From: Candidatus Obscuribacteraceae bacterium
Lineage (GTDB): Bacteria > Cyanobacteriota > Vampirovibrionia > Obscuribacterales > Obscuribacteraceae
Reading direction: 5' to 3'
Length of the DNA: 64,000 bases
Assembly (NCBI GenBank): GCA_044226015.1
Contig: JBGAHS010000007.1
Location: forward strand, 448,001 to 512,000
Shown here: positions 1 through 9,951 of the stretch, piece by piece
Numbering within the stretch: the first letter of the stretch is position 1
How the letters are laid out: each line of letters opens with the position of its first letter
Translations under genes and position numbers: made by a program
The notes under the pieces: model-generated
The model's database searches: none
What the model saw: only the letters and a program-made list of their open reading frames with translations
Told to the model about the DNA's origin: nothing

Positions 1-600
1 ACCTGCGGGCTAAATCTCGTTGATTTAACAAAATCTGTCGCTGATTCTGTGGTCAAAACTGTTTCTCCAGAGGGCGGTCTTGGAAGCGGATTTATGGTTT
101 CAAACGGTAGAGAAAATTTGATTGTGACTGACGAACACAATCTGGACGAAAACAGCGCTTCCCTGACCATTCTTCACCGTGGAGATACCTACGAGGGCAC
201 AGTTATCGCGCGCGATACTAATAGCGATCTTGCCATTCTCAAGACTGACAGGACTTTGTCGAACCCTCCAGCGCGTGCGCTCGATCCGTACTTGGATATT
301 CCAAAAGCGGGCGACGGAGTTGTTGCTTTTGGTTTTCCTGAGGGTGTTGATGAGATTCAGGTATCTGCTGGGAAAATGAGAGGACGTGATTCCTTCTATA
401 ACGACCAGATAGTATTGAACGCAACGCAGGCTTGCACTTTTGGAAGTTCCGGCAGCATTCAGGTTACTGGTGATGGTCGTTGGTGGGGAATACAACAGTC
501 TATTGGTCCGCATTATGAATGCACATCGTTATCTGCAATCAATGTTGTTGAGCTGATCCATAAAATACCCGGATGGGAGAACTATGCGGTGAAACACTGA
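1..600 (+). CDS. Trypsin-like serine protease (5'-truncated by window edge)
   Basis: Frame is open from base 1. GSGF motif, TDEH (His), DLAIL (Asp) and GSSGS (Ser) give the trypsin/HtrA-like triad. Confidence 0.75.
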   Translation, partial: TCGLNLVDLTKSVADSVVKTVSPEGGLGSGFMVSNGRENLIVTDEHNLDENSASLTILHRGDTYEGTVIARDTNSDLAILKTDRTLSNPPARALDPYLDIPKAGDGVVAFGFPEGVDEIQVSAGKMRGRDSFYNDQIVLNATQACTFGSSGSIQVTGDGRWWGIQQSIGPHYECTSLSAINVVELIHKIPGWENYAVKH

Positions 601-696
601 GCTGTTTCCTTGCAATTTTGCGAAGGCTGCCCTAGTTTTGAGGATTTTTTGGACAATATTTTGTACGGTCCGTAGTTCCAGGCGAGAATTTCTTGC

Positions 697-3600
697 TCAC
701 ACATTTCGTTGTTCACTCTGTTCTTCCGTCTCTAGATTCTCAAGAATTTGCTTATTCGAGTTGAGCATACTGTAAAGCACTGGTAGTACGATCAATGTCA
801 GCACTGTGGAGGTGATGAGACCGCCGATCACTACGGTTGCTAATGGCTTTTGTACTTCTGCGCCTGCTCCATGAGAGAGAGCCATCGGCAAAAATCCGAG
901 CGTTGCCACCATCGCTGTCATCAAGACGGGTCTAAGACGCGTGATAGCTGCGGTTTCTACAGCAGACTTTGTAGCCATTGTTTTGGCATATTCTTGAATA
1001 GAGGAGATCAACACAATACCATTCAAAACTGCAACGCCAAACAGTGCGATGAAGCCGATTGTTGCTGGCACGCTTAAATACATGCCGCGTAACCACAAAG
1101 CCATCAAGCCGCCAATTAGTGCGAATGGAACATTTAGTAGAACTAGCAAAGCAAGTTGAGCAGAGCTGAAGGTCGCGGTGAGCAAGATGAATATTGCCAG
1201 CACAGAGGCTGGCACCACGAAGGCAAATCTTTGCATCGCTCTTTGTTGATTTTCGAACTGTCCGCCCCATTTTATGTAGTAACCTGTGGGCAGTTTTACC
1301 TGTTCTTCAATCAATTTTTGGGAAGCCTGGACGAAGCTGCCGATATCCCTATCTCGAACATTACACTGTACGACTATTTTTCTTTGTCCTGATTCTCGAC
1401 TCAAGACCTCCATTCCGGGTTCTACTTCTATCTGGGCGAGTTGTGACAACGGAATGTTTCTTCCATCAGCAGTTTTTAGCAGAATCTTCCCCAAGCTTGC
1501 TGTGTCGTATTCAGGTTCTGCTGGAAGGCGCAATCTGATTGTAAACCTGCGACGTCCCTCGACTACTTCGGATACTGGGGTTCCAATTACGGCTGATTGC
1601 AACACTGTTCTTATCTGCTCGATTTCCACCCCGTAGCGAGCCAGCTTGAGTCTGTCTGGTTTGATAACCATTTGTCCTGACCCAAAAATGTGCTCCATTT
1701 GAAGGTCAGCGACGCCAGGTACTTTCTTTAGAAGTGCCGTAACCTCTGCTGCTTTTTGCTGAAGTATAGTTACATCATCGCCGAATATTTTTACGGCGAC
1801 CTGTGCTTTCACCCCTGAGACAAGTTCGTCAACTCTCATCGCAATAGGCTGTGTGAAGTTAAAGCTAGAACCAGGAATGGTGTCATTCAGATGTGCTCTG
1901 AGTTCATCAGAAAGCGCATTCTTGTTAAGTCCCTGTCTCCATTCTTGTCTCGGTTTCAAGATGACAAAAACATCAGCCTGGTAAACACCCATTGGGTCGG
2001 TAGCCAGGTCTGGACGTCCAATTCTCGACTCGACTTCAGCCACCTCGGGGGATTTCTTTATCGTCTTTTCTATTAGACCTGAAAGCCGAATGGACTCTTT
2101 CAAGCTAATGGTGGTGGGCATGCGAGCTTGAATTACAAGATCGCCTTCGTCTAACTGAGGAACGAATTCGGTACCGATGAAAGCAAGACTTGCCGCTGAA
2201 GCTAAAAACATTATTGTGCTGCTTCCAACTACAAGGACTGGATGGCGCAGGCACCACTGCAAAATTGGACGATAAGTCCGTTTTGCTAGATTGATGATGA
2301 TGTTTTCTCTTTCTCTAACCTTTCCTCTGAAAACAAAAGATGCCATTGCCGGAATCAATAGTAGTGCTGTTGCAAGCGAACCTAAGAGGGCGAAGCATAC
2401 CGCGAAAACCATCGGAGAAAACATCTTGTACTCCATGCCCTGTAAGCTTAAGATAGGCAGGTACACAATTGTGATGATCAAAATGCCAAAGAGAATAGGG
2501 CGAGCCATTTGTCCGGTGGATTCTTGTATTATCTCGAAGTTTGATAATGCGCCATCTCGTTCGTGAGATAGTCGTCTCACTATGTTCTCCATCATGACTA
2601 TAGATCCGTCTACAATCATGCCAAAATCGATGGCTCCAAGGCTCATTATGTTCACAGAAATTCCTAGCCATTTCATGCCAATGAACGAGAACATCAGCGA
2701 AATTGGTATTACAAGTGCCACCATCAGCGCAGCACGAATGTTTCCCAACATTAGTAGAAGAATTAGAACTACTAGACTTCCGCCTTCGGCTAGATTCGTT
2801 TTGACTGTATTGATGGTTTGCTCTACCAGAGCGGTTTGATCATAAAAGGGTTCAATTTCAATGCCTTTTGGCAAGCCACTCTGAATATGTGAAATTTCCT
2901 TTTTGACTCTGCTGATGACTTCCCGACTGTTCTCACCCTTCAGCATCATCACAATACCAGTAACTACTTCTCCCTCTCCGTCCTTCGTTACCGCACCTTG
3001 TCTGAGCGAACTGTTTATACTCACATCTGCAACGTTCTTGATAGTGATAGGTACACCATTATCGATTTTGATAACCGTGTTTTGCAAGTCGGCGATCTTT
3101 TGAATGCGTCCGACACCGCGCACCAAAAACTGTTCCGAGTTATGGTCCACAATGCCTGCTCCGAAGTTGGCATTGTTGTGCTCGATGCAGCTACTCAAAT
3201 CATCGAGTGTAAGGTTGTATTGTAAAAGCTTGTCAGGAAAAGCAGTTACCGTAAATTCTAGCGAGTGCCCACCCCATGCGTTCACATCAGCTACTCCGGG
3301 CACTGAGCGTAACATGTATTTGATCTCCCAATCATTGAGAGTCTTCAAGTCCATGCTGCTCTGCCCAGCTCCGTGTAGCACGTATTGATAGATTTCTCCC
3401 ATTGCTGTAGATACTGGTCCAAGCTCGGGATTGATGTCTTTGGGAAGCCTTGAACGAGCCGCTTGCAGGCGCTCTGAAACAAGTTGGCGAGCAAAATAGG
3501 TATTCGTTTCGTCGCCAAAAACCACTGTTATAACAGATAGTCCATATTTTGAAATCGAGCGAACTTGCTCTACGTTTGGCAATCCATTAAGTGTTGATTC

Positions 3601-3804
3601 CAGAGGAATAGTTATAAGTTGCTCTGTCTCTTCGGGACCCATTCCTGGGGCTTCCGAAAAGATTTGGACTTGATTGTTTACCAGATCAGGGAAGGCGTCT
3701 ATAGGAATATGCAAGAACGCCATAACTCCTGAAAATATAACCACAGCAAAAATGATGAAGGTCACCACTCGAAACTTTAAACTGCCCGAGAAGAATCTTT
3801 CCAT
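697..3804 (-). CDS. czcA: CusA/CzcA-family heavy-metal efflux RND permease
   Basis: 1035 aa; IDAFPDL, MSLGAIDFG, DGSIVMMEN, EFVPQLDEG and RLRPVLMTA motifs typical of the HME-RND family. Confidence 0.92.
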   Translation of the reverse strand: MERFFSGSLKFRVVTFIIFAVVIFSGVMAFLHIPIDAFPDLVNNQVQIFSEAPGMGPEETEQLITIPLESTLNGLPNVEQVRSISKYGLSVITVVFGDETNTYFARQLVSERLQAARSRLPKDINPELGPVSTAMGEIYQYVLHGAGQSSMDLKTLNDWEIKYMLRSVPGVADVNAWGGHSLEFTVTAFPDKLLQYNLTLDDLSSCIEHNNANFGAGIVDHNSEQFLVRGVGRIQKIADLQNTVIKIDNGVPITIKNVADVSINSSLRQGAVTKDGEGEVVTGIVMMLKGENSREVISRVKKEISHIQSGLPKGIEIEPFYDQTALVEQTINTVKTNLAEGGSLVVLILLLMLGNIRAALMVALVIPISLMFSFIGMKWLGISVNIMSLGAIDFGMIVDGSIVMMENIVRRLSHERDGALSNFEIIQESTGQMARPILFGILIITIVYLPILSLQGMEYKMFSPMVFAVCFALLGSLATALLLIPAMASFVFRGKVRERENIIINLAKRTYRPILQWCLRHPVLVVGSSTIMFLASAASLAFIGTEFVPQLDEGDLVIQARMPTTISLKESIRLSGLIEKTIKKSPEVAEVESRIGRPDLATDPMGVYQADVFVILKPRQEWRQGLNKNALSDELRAHLNDTIPGSSFNFTQPIAMRVDELVSGVKAQVAVKIFGDDVTILQQKAAEVTALLKKVPGVADLQMEHIFGSGQMVIKPDRLKLARYGVEIEQIRTVLQSAVIGTPVSEVVEGRRRFTIRLRLPAEPEYDTASLGKILLKTADGRNIPLSQLAQIEVEPGMEVLSRESGQRKIVVQCNVRDRDIGSFVQASQKLIEEQVKLPTGYYIKWGGQFENQQRAMQRFAFVVPASVLAIFILLTATFSSAQLALLVLLNVPFALIGGLMALWLRGMYLSVPATIGFIALFGVAVLNGIVLISSIQEYAKTMATKSAVETAAITRLRPVLMTAMVATLGFLPMALSHGAGAEVQKPLATVVIGGLITSTVLTLIVLPVLYSMLNSNKQILENLETEEQSEQRNV

Positions 3805-5159
3805 CAGAATTGAACCCCTTCTGTAGGATCATTCGTAAGATGTTCTTTTAAATAGTAGCTACCTTTTGCTGCGATGGTATCACCCGGTACAAGTCCAGAA
3901 CTCACAAAATACCCTGATGTTGTTTGATTGGAAACCTGAATTTGTGTTTTCTTGTAAGTGCCCTTAGCTTGTTTGACAAAGACTACTTTCTTTCCATCGA
4001 TTTCTTGCACCGCTTCTGTAGGAATGAATGGGAATTGAGAACTTCCATTTTGCTCGATTTCGACATGTCCGAACATTCCTGGTTTCAGCGAAAGTTTGTC
4101 ATTGGGAAGAATTGCTCGAGCAACAAAGGTTCTGCTGTCTTGTGCAAGTGGCTTGATGTAGTCTATGTGTCCTTTGAACTGTCTGTTAGGTAAGCTGTCT
4201 GTGGTGAAAGAAATTACCGCACCTTCTTTAATGCTGCCAAGGTCGCGGTCAAAAATCGTTATGTCTAGCCAGACTTTAGACAGGTCAGAAACAATGTAAA
4301 GTTGATCGCTGGGATTTATGACATCGCCCACGGTGATATTTTTCTTGACTATAAATCCACTTCTAGGACATAGAATTGGCGAATGGCGAATAGGCTGATC
4401 GCCCTTAATATCATCTATATTGGCACCATAAGCGGAGAGCATGGCTTTTGCCTCTTCTTTCTGATGACCCAGTTCCTTTTGGGCGGTATCCAAATTCGCT
4501 TCTTCAAGTGCTAACTGTGTCTGTGCTTGAAGATAATCTTTCTCAGCCGCTATTCGTAAATTGAATAGCTTCTCCAGTCGAGCCTTGTTGGCAGTAGCCA
4601 ATTTCAGACGAGTCTGACTCTGCTTTATTTCCAACTCTTTGACATGACTTTCGTGAATGTAATTCGCCGAAATCTTCATGACCTCCAGATTCTCAACGAG
4701 GGCAAGTCTCTGGTGTGTTTTGACATAATCACCCAGGCTGACATAGTCTGCAATTAACTGTCCGCCTACCAGGGAACTTACGTGAAAAACATTGTTTTCA
4801 TCAGACTTGATTTCTCCGGTCGTTTCTACACGCTGATTGGCAGCTTTGATAGCAACTGGAAGATCTTCTAGCTGCGCAGAACTCAGCATGGAGTCGGACA
4901 AGTGAACTGTGCTGCCGTCCGAGCTTATCTTGTTTTCTACTTTTGCTTCAGGAGGTGATGGGTTGGAACTTGCTGAACTTTTAAGTTCAGGTTGGCTGCA
5001 GGAACTCAGCGAGAACATCAGTGCCAGGCTTATTGAAATGTAGCATGCTATTTTCATCAACTTTTCCATGCAAAAGAGCCAGAACTTCATACAACGAGAC
5101 CCCAAATGGAACTCGAAATACGAAGGTCTGGCTCTCAGAATAATATTCATTCTGCTCAC
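3804..5159 (-). CDS. RND efflux periplasmic adaptor (CzcB/CusB-like); true start probably 5057-5090
   Basis: Lipobox-like LSSC, coiled-coil hairpin, DLSKVW and LKPGMF motifs; its stop overlaps the czcA start. Confidence 0.88.
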   Translation of the reverse strand: MSRMNIILRARPSYFEFHLGSRCMKFWLFCMEKLMKIACYISISLALMFSLSSCSQPELKSSASSNPSPPEAKVENKISSDGSTVHLSDSMLSSAQLEDLPVAIKAANQRVETTGEIKSDENNVFHVSSLVGGQLIADYVSLGDYVKTHQRLALVENLEVMKISANYIHESHVKELEIKQSQTRLKLATANKARLEKLFNLRIAAEKDYLQAQTQLALEEANLDTAQKELGHQKEEAKAMLSAYGANIDDIKGDQPIRHSPILCPRSGFIVKKNITVGDVINPSDQLYIVSDLSKVWLDITIFDRDLGSIKEGAVISFTTDSLPNRQFKGHIDYIKPLAQDSRTFVARAILPNDKLSLKPGMFGHVEIEQNGSSQFPFIPTEAVQEIDGKKVVFVKQAKGTYKKTQIQVSNQTTSGYFVSSGLVPGDTIAAKGSYYLKEHLTNDPTEGVQF

Positions 5160-5471
5160 GGACCGGACGCATTAGAGCATCAGTATGTCGATTTCCGCGA
5201 GACCGCTGATGCGGCTGGGCTACTCCCCTTAGTACATTGGATCATAACAGGTGGCGCGGAATTTGAGATCTTTCTTGAGTCAATATTTAGGATCTGACAC
5301 AAGTTGAAATCGTTGCAAGTAGACGATTCAGCGTCTTATAGATTCCCATTGGAAAGTAATGTTGACGCGTCGGCACTTAGGTGGATATCAGTGCTCTTGT
5401 CATTAACGTAGGGCTGGCTTCTAGTTACTCTTCATGCTCTGTGGTATCGTCTCTGGTGACGGAGGACTCAT

Positions 5472-6278
5472 ATGCCACTCAAACCTTATCGCTTTGCCAT
5501 TATTTCTGACATTCATTACGGAACGGACAAACCAGTCGATGGGTACTGCAAGAAGCTGCCATCCCGGGCCATTTCGCTAGTGCGTTATTTCGTCAATCAG
5601 ATGGCAAAACTAAAGCCTGAATTTATTGTTCAACTGGGAAATGCGATTGAAGACGATGATGCGGATGAAGATTTCGATAATTTGGAAAAAGTCGTTGAGG
5701 TCTTGAAAGAAACCACGCTTCCTGTTTATCACGTGGTAGGGTCTCACGAGCAAGTAAATCTAAGTGTTGAGCAAATTAAGTCGGTTTTGAAGAAGGAGTG
5801 TCTGTATTACTCGTGGGAGGGAGGCAACTTCAAGTTCATCGCACTTTTTGCTCAAGATAAAGGCGCTGAGCTCAGTCTTGATCCAGCGCAGATGAGCTGG
5901 TTTGAATTGCAGCTTTCTGAATCGAAATTTCCCATCATCGTCTTTTTGCATTGTCCGGTTGATGAACAAGACCTTTATGAAAACTACTATTTTGATAACA
6001 AGCCCGAACGTTGCTTTCTCAGCGGTAGTGCTGAGTTTCGAAATCTGCTTAGTCGTTCAGGAAAAGTAAAACTTGTTGTTAGTGGACATATTCATCAGAA
6101 CAATATAAACGAGTTCGACGGCGTTCATTATGTGACTTTGCAGTCGCTCGTCGAAAACATGACAAAAACTGGCAAGACGCCCAGCGAATCTTACTCAGTG
6201 GTTACGATAACCGAAAAGGAAATCAGAATTGAGGTGCTCGGGCTGGCTCAGGCGGAGTTCCGAATATCAATAAAGTGA
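5472..6278 (+). CDS. Calcineurin-like metallophosphoesterase
   Basis: ISDIH, LGNAIE (GD variant), GSHE, FLHCP and GHIH motifs; GGAGG SD upstream. Confidence 0.8.
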   Translation: MPLKPYRFAIISDIHYGTDKPVDGYCKKLPSRAISLVRYFVNQMAKLKPEFIVQLGNAIEDDDADEDFDNLEKVVEVLKETTLPVYHVVGSHEQVNLSVEQIKSVLKKECLYYSWEGGNFKFIALFAQDKGAELSLDPAQMSWFELQLSESKFPIIVFLHCPVDEQDLYENYYFDNKPERCFLSGSAEFRNLLSRSGKVKLVVSGHIHQNNINEFDGVHYVTLQSLVENMTKTGKTPSESYSVVTITEKEIRIEVLGLAQAEFRISIK

Positions 6279-6380
6279 ACTCAGTTTATCGCCGAAGGGC
6301 GCAGAGCGGTGTTCGGTCTTCGAGCGAGCACTGCCTCAAACATGGTCTCGGCGCTCTCTTCATAAAAGCAAAGTTTTGAT

Positions 6381-6929
6381 TCAAATGTGCTGACTTAGTC
6401 CAAATTTTCTTGCTATTGTTGCTGAGTCTCCGCCCCAAACTTCTGTGGGAGGAGGTCCGAAATACTTCTCGTATTCAACTAGCGTTTCTAAGTACAGCTC
6501 ACGAAACTGCTTATTCTCTGCATCATCTCCTCTGCCTGGCTCATGATGAAGAAAGTCGATTTCCAATTCATTTCTGCAAAAGCTCTGGTATGATCGCGTG
6601 TAAAGTAAGTGCATGTGCCAGACTGTGTCAATCACTATGGATGGTACCACTCGTCCAGGCTGTCGGCTGGCTAAAAATGCGAATTTGAGGTATTCAGATA
6701 TTGCTAGCCTCGTGAACTCGTCTGACCAATCCATTTCTGCTGCAAGAGATTTTGATAAAGGTAGAACTGCTGACGGATCATCGATTGAAAAATCCAGAAC
6801 TTTCTTCAGTCGTTTGAGTTCTGGCTCAATTAAGTGTTCTGGCTTTGACTTGTCCGGCAGGCAATCTCCCACATTTCTTTTATTTACAGGATCCGCTGCA
6901 ACTGCCACTGCATTTTCCCTCAATTGCAT
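6381..6929 (-). CDS. Glycine-rich-domain (GRDP/DUF1399-like) protein; start uncertain (ATG 6929 or GTG 6872)
   Basis: EYLKFAFL…PSIVIDTVWHMHLLYTRSYQSFC…FLHHEP…YLETLVEYEKYFG.PP.EVW is the bacterial GRDP-like signature. Confidence 0.75.
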   Translation of the reverse strand: MQLRENAVAVAADPVNKRNVGDCLPDKSKPEHLIEPELKRLKKVLDFSIDDPSAVLPLSKSLAAEMDWSDEFTRLAISEYLKFAFLASRQPGRVVPSIVIDTVWHMHLLYTRSYQSFCRNELEIDFLHHEPGRGDDAENKQFRELYLETLVEYEKYFGPPPTEVWGGDSATIARKFGLSQHI

Positions 6930-7053
6930 TGTCTTTCTTGCCGCCTTTTCTCTGCCCGCCAAAGAATTTTCCCCTGCCCGGCCCTGCGACCAGTGTTTCA
7001 AGTTCGCTTTCTTCCGTGCTGGAGGACTTTTCGGTTTTAACTTCTGCGCTCAT
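6880..7053 (-). CDS. Small 57-aa Cys/Ser/Gly-tailed peptide, putative RiPP precursor (not in ORF track)
   Basis: Translated by hand: MSAEVKTEKSSSTEESELETLVAGPGRGKFFGGQRKGGKKDNAIEGKCSGSCSGSCK*; SD-like GAAGAGGG 5 nt upstream of the ATG. Confidence 0.6.
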   Translation of the reverse strand: MSAEVKTEKSSSTEESELETLVAGPGRGKFFGGQRKGGKKDNAIEGKCSGSCSGSCK

Positions 7054-7273
7054 GGCTACCCTCTTCAGAAAGTGACCTAAAGTCTAGCGCATCGTTTCGC
7101 TCGAAATTGCACTCTAGCATTAAATCTTGGGCTCATCCCCTGGGGGAGGTAGGCATGTTTAGAAGTCACTTTTGCGCTTTGCCATGTTTAGTAATGTTCA
7201 GGTAACCCAGCGCGACTATCTTGTATTTACCGAGCTATTCGTAGTTCAGAGGGTATTGGCTGGGGGAAAGACT

Positions 7274-8500
7274 ATGGTTTCCACATTTTCTAGGGCTGTT
7301 TCGGGACGTAATACTGTCGGTGAAACATCTTTGTTGCTTGGTTCTGCTGTCAAGTCCGCGTCGCCGAATATTCAATCTGATAATTCACAAAACGCCGAAC
7401 AGAAGCATCACCCCCTGCTTGTTCAAGCAAAAGCACTTCAAGAGAAGATGAGCATCATAAGGCGAAAAATCCATGCTCATCCCGAGTTAGCGTTCGAAGA
7501 GCAAAGAACTTCTTCTTTGATGAAAGATTGTTTGCGGAGCGCAGGTTTTACCGTTCAGTCGAGTACTGAGAGTACAGGAATAATTGCTGACTTGAACAGG
7601 GGTGCAAAAAGAACCATTGCGATCAAAACCGAGATGGACGCATTGCCGATTACTGAATTGAATCAGGTGATGTATAGATCGCAAATTGCCAATGCCATGC
7701 ATGCCTGCGGCCACGATGCTCATATGGCTGCTGTCTGTGGAGCGGCTGAGATTTTGTCAGCGGGGTCTAATTTCGGGGTGCGCCTGATTGTTCAACCTGG
7801 AGAGCACGCAAGTGATGAATGCGATCATAAAGGGGCTTCGCAAATGATCGCTGACGGAGCCTTGAATGACATTGATGCCATCCTAGGGTTTCACATTGAT
7901 GCCACCATGCCTCTTGGGCAGGTCGGTGTCATGGAGAGCGTCTTTTTCAATTTACGTTCTGAATTCAAAATTCAGTTTGGGCTTGGCTCAGACTCGATGG
8001 AATCTGTAACTACAGTGCTTTCTGGTATTCAGGATCTGAACAAGAAAGGCAAAGGTAATTTTCGGATTCAAAATATCAATGCGCGAAACCAGGAAGCGTC
8101 GATTGAAGGTTTTTTCAATTGCGATGATTTACAAATGCGTGACCAGCAGCTGCGAATGATTCAAGAATTATGTGCTAGCACACATACAAAGTATCAGCTG
8201 TCCGTGTCTTCAAATGACAGCGATCTTGATTTGCATAAGAGTACAATTGCGTGTGCCTATGAAAGCTCTTCCGAAATTTTAGGAGCAGCCAGTACGTATA
8301 CTATTAAGCGAAGAACATGGACTCGTGAGTTTGCTGAATATGCTGCTATTCGCCCCGCTGCCTTTCTTTTATTTGGAACACATGTTCAGGGGCAAAGAAG
8401 CATTCAGCATACTGCAAGCTTCGATTTTGACGAAAGTGTGATGGCTTCGATAGCCGCGGTTATTTCGGGCACGGTGTTAAAACTGCAAAAAGCGCTCTAA
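7274..8500 (+). CDS. M20D-family amidohydrolase (degenerate motifs)
   Basis: IHAHPELAFEE, EMDALP, MHACGHDAH, GFH and HTASFDFDE motifs; ATG 7274 follows GGGGGAAAG. Confidence 0.8.
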   Translation: MVSTFSRAVSGRNTVGETSLLLGSAVKSASPNIQSDNSQNAEQKHHPLLVQAKALQEKMSIIRRKIHAHPELAFEEQRTSSLMKDCLRSAGFTVQSSTESTGIIADLNRGAKRTIAIKTEMDALPITELNQVMYRSQIANAMHACGHDAHMAAVCGAAEILSAGSNFGVRLIVQPGEHASDECDHKGASQMIADGALNDIDAILGFHIDATMPLGQVGVMESVFFNLRSEFKIQFGLGSDSMESVTTVLSGIQDLNKKGKGNFRIQNINARNQEASIEGFFNCDDLQMRDQQLRMIQELCASTHTKYQLSVSSNDSDLDLHKSTIACAYESSSEILGAASTYTIKRRTWTREFAEYAAIRPAAFLLFGTHVQGQRSIQHTASFDFDESVMASIAAVISGTVLKLQKAL

Positions 8501-8537
8501 TTTCAGCGCTACTTTCCGCTTGAATGCCCAAGCAAGA

Positions 8538-9110
8538 TTAATTGCAGTTGCCATTCAATTGGATGGTCTTCTTCGTCGGAGGCGGAAGCGCTTCTAGCTT
8601 TGCCTCAAGCTCTTGAGTGAATGGCTTAGGTGAAACGAACCATCCGAAATGCATTAATTGATCACGCTCAGGCACCAGGAACAAGAACTGTTTCTGTGGT
8701 GGGTGCACAGTGCTTATTGTGAAAGGCTGATTGTTCGTGTTTCCCAAGTAAGATACAACAAGTTCTTTTCCTTTCTTCTTCACTGATACGTCATAAACTA
8801 GGCAACTGTTAGACTTTGCATTTATCTGGACATCTTGATTGAGAGCCAGTTTTGTTGATGATGTGTTTCTATAGATCTTCAAGATTTTGAAGTGCTGTTT
8901 GCGGCATTCCAGCGCCATTGTGTCTGTTTTTACAGTTTGGCCTTCCTTCAAATCGTCATACTCTTGCTTGCCTGATTCGGCAAGCAGAATGATTGGAGCC
9001 GTTGACATGGCGTCTTCCATGCTTGTTCGCATAACGGATTCAGCTTTTGCTCCTATCGTAGAAAAAGCGCAAATGAGTATGCTCGCTAACGTGCACTTTT
9101 TGATTTGCAT
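8538..9110 (-). CDS. Secreted hypothetical protein (paralog of 9124-9693)
   Basis: Signal peptide ending GAKA; shares ECRKQ, KSNSC and GWFVSP with its neighbour. Confidence 0.75.
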   Translation of the reverse strand: MQIKKCTLASILICAFSTIGAKAESVMRTSMEDAMSTAPIILLAESGKQEYDDLKEGQTVKTDTMALECRKQHFKILKIYRNTSSTKLALNQDVQINAKSNSCLVYDVSVKKKGKELVVSYLGNTNNQPFTISTVHPPQKQFLFLVPERDQLMHFGWFVSPKPFTQELEAKLEALPPPTKKTIQLNGNCN

Positions 9111-9123
9111 ACTACCTCATTTG

Positions 9124-9693
9124 CTACTTGCTACAGTCGGGAAGCAATTGGATAACCGACTTGACTGGTTTGTGTGCCACAGAACACTCTCTTTCGATTG
9201 ATTCCTTCCACGGTTGTGGCGAAACGAACCACCCGTAGTGTTCAAGCTGACCTGGCATATATTGCGAGGGAGATAGAAACAGGATTTCTTTTTCGTGCTG
9301 GTTGTATACGTCGACCGTTGTGGGTGCATCCATGTCAGTGCGTGAAATTACAAGTTTGTTGCCTCGTTTGCTTACGATGATGCTGTTTACGATGCAAGAG
9401 TTTGATTTGTGGTTAACCTCGACGCAAGCGTTAGGATTCAATTTGACTTTGCTGTTGTTTCGCAAGACTTTGAGAATCTTGTATTTTTGTTTGCGGCATT
9501 CAAACTCATTGCTCTCCATCTTTCGCTTCTCGCCTTCCTTCATATCATCAAATTGCATTGCCCCTGTTTCTACCACAAGGACAATTTGGGCGTTGGAAAT
9601 AGCTTCATTGAGCGAAGTTGTTGCGACGGGTTTTGAAATTGCAGGAGCTTGCAATAGGATTGCAGCGCATAGAACAAATTTTGTAAGTTTCAT
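9124..9693 (-). CDS. Secreted hypothetical protein (paralog of 8538-9110)
   Basis: Signal peptide; colinear similarity with the downstream gene. Confidence 0.75.
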   Translation of the reverse strand: MKLTKFVLCAAILLQAPAISKPVATTSLNEAISNAQIVLVVETGAMQFDDMKEGEKRKMESNEFECRKQKYKILKVLRNNSKVKLNPNACVEVNHKSNSCIVNSIIVSKRGNKLVISRTDMDAPTTVDVYNQHEKEILFLSPSQYMPGQLEHYGWFVSPQPWKESIERECSVAHKPVKSVIQLLPDCSK

Positions 9694-9799
9694 TGGCGAA
9701 TTGTGGAACTTTTAGATTTCCCGAACATCTTACCAGAACATGGAAGTGTGGCGCTTTAGATTGTTGGAGTAAAACTTTCATTAAACCGCCCCAAAAACA

Positions 9800-9828
9800 T
9801 TGCCAGGGTAGCAGCTACAGCCTATACT
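9800..9828 (+). promoter_or_regulatory. Sigma70-like promoter for the mgtE leader
   Basis: TTGCCA (9800-9805), 17-nt spacer, TATACT (9823-9828). Confidence 0.6.
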
Positions 9829-9858
9829 GAAAAGGTACGGCTTTTTTGGAGAAGCTAT

Positions 9859-9951
9859 ATGTTCATTGTCGAAAAAATCGATGGATATTTGCTGGCAAAG
9901 CTTCTCGCTCAGCCGTTAAGTAGTTCGAGCGTTCGGTCTGCGGCAAATTAA
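9859..9951 (+). CDS. Putative 30-aa leader peptide upstream of mgtE
   Basis: GGAGA SD, then ATG; MFIVEKIDGYLLAKLLAQPLSSSSVRSAAN*; lies between the promoter and a hairpin at 9984-10017. Confidence 0.4.
   Translation: MFIVEKIDGYLLAKLLAQPLSSSSVRSAAN

Noticed and set aside
697..5159. czcBA lacking czcC as a novelty
   Set aside because: RND pumps commonly borrow an outer-membrane factor encoded elsewhere.
6929..7001. ORF-track N-terminal extension of the GRDP gene (TTG 7001)
   Set aside because: It overlaps a better-supported small ORF in another frame that has an ATG and SD.
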